The notes under the pieces: generated by a model
What the model was told of the DNA's origin: nothing
The model's input: only the letters and a program-made list of their open reading frames with translations
Database searches by the model: none
Source: Carcharhinus amblyrhynchos
Taxonomy: Eukaryota
Direction of reading: 5' to 3'
Assembly (NCBI GenBank): GCA_965287045.1
Contig: OZ336885.1
Coordinates: 63,922,001-63,986,000, forward strand
Length of the DNA: 64,000 nt
Position numbers and translations under genes: made by a program
Shown: piece by piece, positions 39,449-50,460 of the stretch
Position numbering within the stretch: position 1 is the first letter of the stretch
How the letters are laid out: every line of letters begins with the position of its first letter

Positions 39449-39485
39449 TTTCATTTGCGTATATTTCCCTAAGATTTTTTTTTAG
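39449..39485 (-). pseudogene. Exon-like 37-nt segment (36/39-nt class with an indel in an A9 run): ..KKNLREIYANE
   Basis: ttctgccagtatttag|CTAAAAAAAAATCTT...AATGAAA|gtaagt. Confidence 0.45.
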
Positions 39486-42400
39486 CTAAATACTGGCAGA
39501 ACAACAGAGTTGAATGTATCTGGTGGTATACTGACTTAGTGTTGCCGTCTGAGAACAATTCCATCAATAGATTTCATAAAAGTTGAGCAAGGCTTGAGCC
39601 TCCGGGTTTTGAATACGAGTGCGATCCGAATGTGGACCAGAAGTACATGGCAACGGTATAACATTCCACACCTCTAGAATCAGGTCTATTTTATCTGATT
39701 ATTAGGGCAAATGGATCTTAAAACAAAAAAACTCATTGTGCCGTAGGTAACGTGAAGGATCTTGGTTACAAGCTCAAGCATTATGTAACACTGGGAAGAT
39801 GTCGAAGATCATCTTTTCTGGCCAACAATAATGATGCAAAAACGTTGACAGGCCTTAGCAGTTTCTTGGGCCAGATCAATCATATATCCCGACTGGCGAG
39901 ATACAATGGTCAATCTTATTTGTGCCTCAGGACACAGTGAAAAATCATAATCATTAAATTATACTGACAATAAGTTAATTATTTTTTTTTCGGGAGCTGG
40001 CTGTTTGTCTGGCGCTTTCTATCCGACCCTGAAGACCCGTCAGCACGCTATATTGTTGAATTGATATTGGGGCGAACCAGTTGTTAAAATATTAACAGAA
40101 ATGTTTATTTCTGATGTAATATGCTGTCTCCAGAAAGTCCCACCATCCAGAGTATTATTCTGTACTGGGGCATTTAATAGACTGCAGTCGGACTGAAATA
40201 ACATGATCTGCACGATTTTCTGTTCTAATCTCATATTTCCACTGCAGTCTCACATGGTTCAATTCAATCCCTGAAGTACAGTTTGTGCCACTGAATTATG
40301 ATGTCACCAGTGCTACCTCATTTAGCACTGAAAGGTACACTGTAGCAAAGTAACATGCAATGTCTTCAGAACTTTATTGGAAGTGACTGTAACGTGCCAA
40401 CTGCCGCGGGGTATTTGCCCGACTACCATACACAGTAAAACAAAAAGATTTTTTTCTCTCTCTCTGCAAGACGAAATTCTTATATTGCAGGTCGGCAATT
40501 CCATGCCTGAACAGTTATCCAATAATTATTAGACCAGATATTTTCCAAACTAGCCACATGCTACTGCCGAACTCACCGACACATTTCTGTAAATATTTTG
40601 CTTACAGCAGCTGAGAGCATAAGTCTGACATGTATTCAATTAGCTCCTCGCAAGTGCTGACAATGCACCATCGCATGAAGCCCTTGGCTGATTACCTGAT
40701 TAGTAGTAAAATTCAATAAATCCACTTCCCACTCAAACATTTCTACTTCTGCCATCTATCTGAATGTCACACCTGGCTATCAATATAAAACAGCTCGCAA
40801 AGACGCCATTATACAAACAACATGCCTGTTGTTCCATCCACATCGCGTCTAATCAAAGACAAAATGCGAAAAATATCCATTCCATATCCAGAACCTAAAA
40901 CCTTCAAAAATGTCACATCGATCCAAACACATTCCCGTGTTTAATTCATGCAATCAAACATCTCTCGAATTAATTTTGCTAATCTATTTACCTACGTTAA
41001 TGTTTAAAATGCACTATTCATCATGACATGCTTCTGCTGGTGCAACAGCAAATGTTGTATTCCAATCCTTGATACAATTGGCTGAATAATGATGTCATGA
41101 GACAGCAACATTTCCTTTTTCAACGCATGTGGTCATTTAAAGGCAATCGCGGAAATTATCGATCAGTGTCCGACTGACTGTTTCTCCCTGTCACTGATTA
41201 CGAAAAAAAATGACCTTGATTATTAAATGAATCATATTCTAGTTCCACATTCCAGATTATCAGAATGCGTTTCCAGCCGGAAAGAAAAAAGAAACAAATT
41301 CCCTTGGTATTTTAATGAGAAGATTGAAATTCAACAGGATTTGTTTGTCTGTTCCTGGGGCATGCATTTAATGTAGGCATATCAGCGTAAAACAGGTTGT
41401 TCACGCTGTTTGGACAGAGGAAAGTTAAAGTTTTACCAGTAGCCAGTCTCCACCCAATATGGTAAGGAGCAGTCAATGCTGCAGCCTTAACATCAGTAGT
41501 TTGATTGTTATTGAGTTCACGCAAGACAGCTGGTAGAATAAGAAATGAATGCAACAATCATGAATTTAAATTATTGTCTCTTTTTTTTAGAAAAACATCA
41601 TAATATCCAGCGAATTCTGTATACTATTTTCATCAATTTAGTTTTATGAAGGAAACCCTCAGCCCTTGTATTGTCTGAGCAATAACAAATGCACATATGT
41701 TCCTGTAAAAAAAACCCTCTGAAGCAAATTAGCAGATATCTCAGAGAAATGTTAGTCGTCGAATTCCAAAAAAATTGCACTTGCCAACATTGACCATGTC
41801 ACATCGGATACAGTAAATCTAAGATTTTGCTATATTTGCTGCGGAGCGTTCCTTTGGATGCGTGGCAGTGCATCTGATATATGGACGTCATGACCTGGAA
41901 ATTCTATATGCGCAATTCGCTTTCAAAAAATCATGCAGGAAGTATTCATGATGTCATGGCTCTGCAGTGGTTGACATTGCAATCAGTAATTATTCAGAGT
42001 GGGCGCGCTTCAAGCTCATGATTTATTTTACTCTTGAAGGAGTGAAAGTTGAATTGTTCTTGATGTTGCATTCAATTATGCAATTTGACACAATCCAGTG
42101 ATAATTTTAACTTATACACCACATTTCTGAAATTGATAACATTTCTGAAGTGGAAGAGTTGTACCACCACAAAATGCATTGTCCGCCAGATGGCTGTTGC
42201 ATCCTGCTTGTTTAGATAATTGGTCAAGTTCTGTTCATAGCATGCACTCATATATGTAGCTATAAAAAAAAGCTGGAAATGCCAGTAAACATACTGGTGC
42301 AGTGCATAAATGCAATCTTGTAGATGGTGACATCAGGCGATAAGTCTACTCTCATGTAATGTACTAAATATCGCCCCAGAATGTGTGTTGTACAATTATT

Positions 42401-42499
42401 TTATAGAACTTCAACAAGGCAGAAGTCGCTCATATGGCCCAGGGAAACTGGACCAAAACTCTGAGGCAGCATGTTATCCACGCCCTCAGCGATAACCAC

Positions 42500-42705
42500 A
42501 CATATGTCCTCCAATATTCACACAAACCGACATATTTTGGGCCACTAACGTGCGATTCACGAGGCTAATGAACCAAAATTGCACATCGTTGGCCAATGGA
42601 TCACACCCATGCGGCAGGGACAGAAGGAGCAAGCTCCACACAGTGAGAGTGCCCCACGCTGGGATCGATCCTGGGCTGGTGAGGCATCGATGCTAATCAA
42701 CGCAT
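42500..42705 (-). mobile_element. HE1-like SINE (old)
   Basis: gcaagctccacacagtga..gggatcgatcctgg..gtgaggcatcgatgctaatc. Confidence 0.7.
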
Positions 42706-43127
42706 GTAAGCAACATCTGCATGTTTTATTGAGAAACAATGAACAAGGTAGAACATGCAATTCGGAAATTCTGATGGGACAAGTATCATCATACGATCGT
42801 TCAGCACTACACACTGACACGATGATCGCTGCGACAATGTGCCATTAATAAATTACTCAACCTCTAGCAATAGCACACATTTTCTCCTGTGATAGCAATA
42901 TTTCCACTAAGTAGGATTCCATCAAACATCCACTCGCAACTATCGTTTCTTATTGGCATTACCTTACTGAGATTGCATAAATATATTTTTTTTCGGATGT
43001 GACATTTGAACATAATAGAGGTCCATGTCTGATCGCGTATCAACTCTAAATCTGTAATTGGTATCTAACTGAAAACATTGAAAAAAAACATCAAGTCATG
43101 AAAACTGCTGAATGATTCAGTACGCAC

Positions 43128-43154
43128 GATACTTTTCTTGCAGGCCGTCAAATT
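43128..43154 (-). CDS. Micro-exon, 27 nt, phase 1: (E)FDGLQEKY
   Basis: tttatatttatgttactacag|AATTTGACGGCCTGCAAGAAAAGTATC|gtgcgt. Confidence 0.6.
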
Positions 43155-43489
43155 CTGTAGTAACATAAATATAAACCTGTGTTAACAGGCAAAATGTCGG
43201 TGTGCTTTAGATAGGATACACAGCAACTGTCTGAATTTCTTCATAACCAGCATAGAATATTTGTATAGACGGTTATTACTGAGTGCAATCAAGTGGGCCC
43301 TGTTGGAAACTATCAGTAATGTCTGAAGAAGCAGCACTTGTCATGATTCTATTCAGAGAAGTGTCATTGGTGAATTCTCCACTCACAAATTTGAATTGAT
43401 CTTATCAAAAAAAAACGAATTGGCAAAGGAGGGTGAACATTGGGGAAGTTTGAGGGATTATTTCGGACGAACTAATAATAACATCTTAC

Positions 43490-43510
43490 CGAAGCATTTA
43501 AATAAATAAG
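43490..43510 (-). pseudogene. Dead 21-nt exon (acceptor CAG>CAA): YLFKCF
   Basis: ttgccacaa|CTTATTTATTTAAATGCTTCG|gtaaga; shares TTATTTATTTAA with 12829-12849. Confidence 0.4.
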
Positions 43511-43678
43511 TTGTGGCAACATATGAAATTCACCAGCAGGATGAGTACGCCGGGGCTAAAGAGCCCAAAAGCCGGCTGATAGCAGCAGTGTACGCAGTTG
43601 CAATGTGCCACTGCCTCATCGAGCTGCATGGGACGTTCCTGGATGAAAGTCCCCCTACCCCACACAGATATGGAGCTT

Positions 43679-44327
43679 TGCTAGCGCAAGTGGGCGAAAC
43701 GACCACTATGGACTTGGAGTGAAGTTCAATAACGGCGCAGCTTTGTTTCCTTTACGTCGACGGAGAAGCGCAGTCAGGACATACAATCGGACTGTCCCGA
43801 AAGCGCTCTGCCCGTCCCTCGCAGCAGGCTATAGTTATACCTGAACTTCGGGGCAGTATGCGATTCAAATGTGAATGCTTTATTTACAAGTATTCAACCT
43901 CAGCCAACCTGTCTCGATGTTTCCAAGTATTGAGGAAATTGTTTTAGGTGTGTGTCAATTGTTTTGTCTGATTGATTATTTAATAGTCCAGAATCTCTGG
44001 GGTTTCAACCATAGGTGTGTCATTTATCTCAAAAGAGGTTTTGAGGAGCCAGGAATGTTTCTTAACTATGCTTTTTTTAGGTGTCTCCATGGGTTGTTTG
44101 ACTGTTTTAAAAGTGCTGATTTTGATGGGGTGGACATTTAGTTCCGGTAGTTGCCATCCTCTCCAGCTTCCCTTATGCGCCAGCCCTCATTTGCTTTCTA
44201 AAAGCATGCTCTTGCCTATTGATCGATGTCTGTTACTTTGTGATTTTTAGTGGAGGATCTCTGAGTGTAACTTTAGTCTGCTTCCATTTTGTGTGCCCAG
44301 TTTCATAAAATTTGTTGTCCGATAACA
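43679..44327 (-). mobile_element. Solo LTR, family A, copy 3
   Basis: TGCTAG...ATAACA; homologous to the other copies; flanks gctt/agtc do not form a clean TSD. Confidence 0.85.
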
Positions 44328-44329
44328 AG

Positions 44330-44970
44330 TCCAATCGCCACCCACTAAATCGACAGGACCGATCGCCACCATACACGCGCTCTCACCTGGAACATTCGTT
44401 GTCTCGCTTAGCCCGGTAAATTATTGGTCAAAGCCACAAGGCGGCCGACCGCCCCTCCCCCTTCCCGTGCCACTGATAATTGTAGCACAATGACAGCGTT
44501 TACTCCCTTCTTCTTTCAATTTTGCAGAATGGCAACTGTCGTTGCCCCCCGCCTCCCCCCCCCCCCCCACCCCCACCCCCAACCCTCTCATATAACGGCC
44601 TGGCCCTGGTCCTCTTCACACTAAGTCATTGCCCAGTTGGTACTGCCCCCAATGCTATCTGGGCACTGCCAGGAAGCCAGGTTGTCAGTGCCAAATTTCC
44701 AGGGTGCCAAACGTATTCATCGCCAGAGAATAGTTTTTCCCGGCAAAGGCATGCCGACAACTGAGCTCAAACAATGTTTCTGCGGGGTCAGAACTAATTT
44801 TAAAACACATTTAAAGTTTAAGATCGGCGTTTTGTACTTTTTTGTGCGTGAGTTTCATCCCCCCGTATTTCTGGTGCCATTAGTATGACAGGACGCGAGA
44901 AACTGGGCACAGACCCGGTGTCGCCGACCACGGAGAGACGTTTACACATCATCATGATCGTCTTGCACGG
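44330..44970. mobile_element. GC-rich remnant, possibly a non-autonomous Harbinger element
   Basis: ggcactgcc/cagtgcca motifs and a C tract; weak. Confidence 0.35.
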
Positions 44971-44974
44971 AGAT

Positions 44975-45700
44975 AACTTTTTTGCTTTCTGCTCTATCCA
45001 CGCCACTCATGATTCCATACCTCTGAATCATGCCCCCCGCTCCATCTCCCCTGCTGAAATAAAAACTATCTGACTTTACACAATGTCAATCCTTCATGCC
45101 GGTAACATCCAAGCAAAATTCATTTGTGACCATTCCAGTACGATCGCATCTCTCCTGTAATGTGATTTCCAGAACTCTATATGATCACCCCCCGGTATCG
45201 TTATTCATTTGCAATAGACAATTAGCACTAACTCACTGTTTTCAATCTCAATGCCATGGCGAACACCGACAAATATAAGATATGCCCTCTAAATCTATGC
45301 TTTCCCTGCCTTCTTGCTAGTGTGACCGGTGCGTATGAACAATCCTGTCTCTACTACTCGGTCCTTTCAACATTACTGCTATTCATCATGAATTTCACTG
45401 ACTTTTTTGACTTGCCCCAATTCACCAATGAATAATTACCCAGCTTTCCTTCATGTGCACCTTTTGCTCTCCTAATGTTCCGTTCAAGTTTGTCGTCCAC
45501 GCACTGCATTGGCGATTGACTTCAACTTTTTTGAACCCTCGACAGCAGTTGTATCCATACGCTCAACGGTCTCGCTCAACGTTGTATATCCATCGATATC
45601 CACAGTTGGGAGAATTTACAGGTAACACATTTCATTTATTTATTATAGCAATTTTGCACTGGACGGTCCCTAATTCCTTCTTGAATTGTCCTTGCTCTTC
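44975..45700 (-). mobile_element. Degenerate CR1 fragment
   Basis: Reverse complement of CR1 ORF2 C-terminal region (FWKSHYRRDAIVLE-like). Confidence 0.6.
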
Positions 45701-47609
45701 TCTCAGTTATACAGGTATAGTATTCTCTTGCCAGTCAACTCCGGTCAATTGACATGATTTGGTGCAATGAGGCCTTCCCCCAGATAAAACATTTGTTTCA
45801 TGGCCAGATTGTTCATTTTTTCACGAGCATCCTCAATCTACCAGCTTCATGATGGTTGTCTGAGAATACCGTCTCATTGAGCGTTTAACTGATCGTCTTG
45901 CCTCAGTACATGAATTTCAGTTGAGAACCGCCCCTCTCTTGTCGAACTTTCAAAGTACCTTCTAAGAAGAAATGCTATTAATACTTAGTAAATATTCTAG
46001 TAATACTAAGGCGTTTATGCCATGACCAGTGCAGTTAATATTGACGAAGTTTGAGTCCCCCTATTTCACTACATTAATACATTTATATTGCTCTGAGATC
46101 TGTCCACACATCTGTTCTTCTATTTCTTTCAGGATATTTAGGGACCTACAGACGACTCCAAGCTAAGTGTATGCACTTGATTTGTTTTTTAAGATCTCCT
46201 TTCATATCATTTGAAATGCCGACTAAAGTGTCCATCATTCCTGCTGCTGTAATAGACTTTTTGTAAAGAGCTCCAACACACCATCCTATTTTAGACCCTT
46301 CGCTGTGTTTGTTAAACTCCTACATCACAGAATAAAGTCCGGAAAATCCGACTATCTCACACCAAAGTCAACGTGACAACAATTACGTCATGCACACCTT
46401 TGATTTTGATCTTGTGACCTAAACTGATCAGTCATTTCAACCAGATTATTTGCATTAAACGAATTACCATCCAAACTTGCGACACGCACTTTTTCCTTAA
46501 CTGATCTTAAACTTGGATGCCTTGCTGGACATTTGTTGACTATTCTAAGATTGTTTGTGCTCCTCCCCAGATGGCCCTTCGCTCAGTTTCAACACTTACC
46601 CCAGCCCCCCGCCCCCACCCCCCAACCTCCTTCCCCACCACTCTCCCCTATGCCCAGATAAAACTTTGCTTGATGCCTCCCAAATAAACTAGCTAGCCAA
46701 TTTCCCTACAAGGAAGTTGGTCCTGTTTGAGGTTAGCTGCAAACGTTGTGCCTGATAAATGATCTAATCTCCCAAAAAAAATCACACCAGGAGAAATCCA
46801 GAGATTCCTACCTCTACGCCTTGTCGGATCTGCTTCTTAGCTCCCTAAATATTACTTGCAGAATCTCGTCCGTTATTTTTTAACCAAAATCTTCAGCGTC
46901 AATATGCGACAGATATTTGATATTTACTTGCTCATCAGTATGACCTGAAGACATTCACTGACAGCAGTGGCAATGCCAACGTGAAGGAAGGCAACATTGT
47001 GAAGCATATTTTTCAGCGCAGTAATACACGCCTGTTCCCTATACAAATAAATCAGTTGCCGCTGCAGACCTGCCGTTTATCCTGCTCCACACTTGTGCAG
47101 CGGGATTGGTTGTGTTCTCATGTTGTTGGTTCTTACCGCTTTCCAAATGCATCGTCATTGTTCCATGCAATGTCTACTAATGTTACAGCTGTTAGAAAGT
47201 AGGATTGCCATAGTGGGCCCTTGCGCTACGTCCCATATTCTAATCTGCCCCGTGGTGGCATTTTCCCGCACTATCTGTTATATACAACTGCGGAGTTACT
47301 ATAGTGCTATCCACATCTTGTAAGCGATTGTGGATGCTGCACGCAAAAAAAAACATCAATTTCAAGTCCGACACGCAATGCAGTTTGCTTGAAGGTGCAG
47401 TTGGGCACACTTTACGTACACGAGGTTACAAGGAAAAGAATCTTCCTCGAGATGTCACATGCCACAGGAGTAACATATCATGGACTTTAACTATGCCATC
47501 ACGACTGTATATATTTATTCTCTTTTATATTCAACAGGATATGCTTCTATAAAAATGATTTAAGTCAAATCATTGGTCAGGATAACATTTGACGGACAAT
47601 ATAATCAAT

Positions 47610-48400
47610 ATAGAAATATTGGAAAATAAAAACAGTTGCAAACAATTCAGCCCTTCAATCCAACTTTGAAAAGAATTATGATCATGACTGATCATCAAAA
47701 TCAATAGGGTGATCCAAATTTACATCTCTGTATTGAGATCCCTTTCGCCTCAAGTGTCATATCTCACAGTTCATTGAATTCTCCAATGCTTTGGCCTCAA
47801 GTACGCCCTGTATCCTAAACGCAAATGGCTAATCACTATCTCGGAAATTTCTCCTCATCACTTTCCTAATCAGACTAAGCAGTATCTGCAAATTCTGACT
47901 CTTGGTTCCAGACACAAGTAGAGACATTCTTCTTGATTCTATCGTATACAACACTGTTGGAATATTATAACTCTGCATGAAAACCACACCATACCCATCC
48001 ACTAACCGCAGCCACCACCCCCATCGCCGACCCGCATGATTCTACTGAACTCCAGAGAACACCATACCAACCGATTCATATCCTGTAGAAGCATCACCCC
48101 TGCCAACCAACGCAACTGTCTGTTGGAAAGTTCCTGAACTCCCGCCAGAGCAGCAAGTTTCGTCCCAGATCAGGCGATCAGAAGTGAATATCCCAGGCTT
48201 TGTCACGTCATGGTCCTGCAACATTGCTTCGAGGTATCCCTGCTCCTATGCTTGAAACCTCTCACTATGAAGTACAACATGCAATTTGCATTTTCCTGGT
48301 GCCTGCTGCATCTACATTCTTAACCTTACTGCTTTTTGTACCAGGATATCAAGGTTCAACTGCACATCTTTGTTCTAAAGTATTGCTGTTCAGATAGGAA
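47610..48400 (-). mobile_element. Degenerate CR1 3' end
   Basis: attcagccctt..atgatcatgactgatc tail; atttctcctcatc. Confidence 0.65.
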
Positions 48401-48779
48401 CTTGTCGTTCACTTGTTTGCTCCTGAAGACGTTGCATGAGGTTTCAAGTGCATCACTTATTTATGTCCCTACAACATTTGCACCGAAACATTTTCAACAT
48501 GTTATTCGATGACACACACTATATCGTTTTCTCTTCAACTGAAAGCAGTCTTCCACAATGACGGAAACAACGCGATTTCGATCAAAACAACAATAGTGTT
48601 ATATAGCTTCGAGAAGATTCCTGATTCAGTTTGTAAAATGGAGGGCTTCAGGATCAACCATTCATTTGGAAAAAAAAGGACACATGTTGTCCAACATAAC
48701 ATATAGTGACGGTCTCGAGCCAGTTTTATGATTTCTTGACTTACAGATTTCGTTCTTTTCAAAACTCTAAATTACGTAT

Positions 48780-49800
48780 GTATCTGTTTCTTATTCAAAA
48801 GTGTTCGTCTGTGAGGGCATGCAATGTGGTTAGGACAGAGCAAAACACTCCCCTGTCACTTCGAGCATAATTTAGTCTTTTGAACATTACTGAGACTAAA
48901 ACGTGCTTATTGATGTAGTTTGGCATTCTTGAGATGAGACATCGTTTAGTTTTGAGAAATGTCCCATATTGAGAGTGGATAACGTTTGCTCTGGATGCCA
49001 TGTCACATGCAGCAGATTTGTTGTTGGGAATGCTGAAGAATTTAGCTAAGGCGAAGAGTACTGGTTTTGTTGACATTGATTACCCATTGGAAACATAGCT
49101 GGCTGAAGCTCATGAGTTCGGTGATCTGTGTTAAGTAGCTAGCAAAAGTTTCACTATCATAGAGATCAGTAGCGACAAAAATATTCCTGTAGGCTAAAAC
49201 CATTGGCTACGTATCATCTATTTGTTGTTCGTGCATCACAGAGAGACACATAATGCACTGTTGAAAAAGCTTGCCACGTGTGACTTTCTGAGAGATGCAT
49301 CTGTCTGTTTCTGCAAAATTCCCATGAGTGTACGGTTGATCTAAAGACGCCTGTCTGCTATTTTTACCTATTTTTTTCTTTGAAAATCCATGTCGAGATT
49401 TGACCGAGCCTCTGTAAAGGCCAGAATAATATGTTCTCAGAGGAACCAATTGCCGCAATTTCATAGCCCCGTGTTCATCCACAGCATTTGGAAAACGAAG
49501 CAAATTAATTGAACTCAGCTCTGTAAGGGAAGATACATCGTTCAGTCAAACAGTACTGAAGAACAATTGGAGAAGATTGGTTTGTGACAATTTCACCATG
49601 TCAGAAAAGAACTTTACGTTTTATAGTTGTTGGGCCGATGCTCTGAGTGTGTGACATTCACTTTTAAATTCATAGATTGTGTTCTGTGCAAGGGCGGTTC
49701 ATTGCGTATCCTGTTTGCCTGACCAGGGTTGGAATGCCCTCTATTTATCTGTGCAATGAGTATTGATGTTGTATGCTATTCTGAAAACTACTGGTGTGAC
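48780..49800 (-). mobile_element. Possible Penelope RT/GIY-YIG remnant
   Basis: Weak peptide remnants (YSGLY..KIG; RCISQK; NYINK). Confidence 0.35.
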
Positions 49801-50460
49801 AAGTAGACATTCACCCTATGAACGATATGATTCCTGTTACAATTAAAAATAAAAAACTAGCAGGTCAAGAATATTAAGTGTCCATGTTTCAGATTCACAC
49901 TACAATTCTTAATGAATCCGAAAATACAGTTAGTCTATTTGTTTTCTTGCTTCGTGGTTCGCATATTTCAACCATTTTGAAAAAAAAATCAGATATAATT
50001 GAAACGGGTGAGCTTATAAAGAGAACGAAGTGTTTACAACTTGTTTTTAATACAGTGGCAGACGTAGATGTAAAATAGTTCCGTGCAATTTTGGACATTT
50101 TCATGTTGGGTTAACTAAGTGTGAAGTCATCATACCCCTGGAAACTCTTATCGTGGCGCCTGCATATCTCTATAGACCACTTTCCTTTGCAAGTCCACTG
50201 TCCCCGTCAGATCCACATCGTTCGGAGCTCGTGTATGGACATCTATGCTGTCTAGGGGATTCCATGCCTTGGAAGATACATTGCCAACCCTCCACCAACT
50301 TAACAGGTTGACACATGTTTTACAAGATCGAAGTTATGGGGGAAAAATGAAATATATTACTGTTCACTCGTATATGCACATCAGAACAGCATCGTCATTT
50401 TGATTAATCTAAATATCTATCTACAGCTCTAATTGGATCGATTTTTTTTTCACCCATTCA

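Noticed and set aside
42968-43068. Minus segment with an FN3-like NYRFRV motif
   Set aside because: Short motif only, and only 59 nt from exon 43128-43154; frame does not fit phase 1 cleanly.
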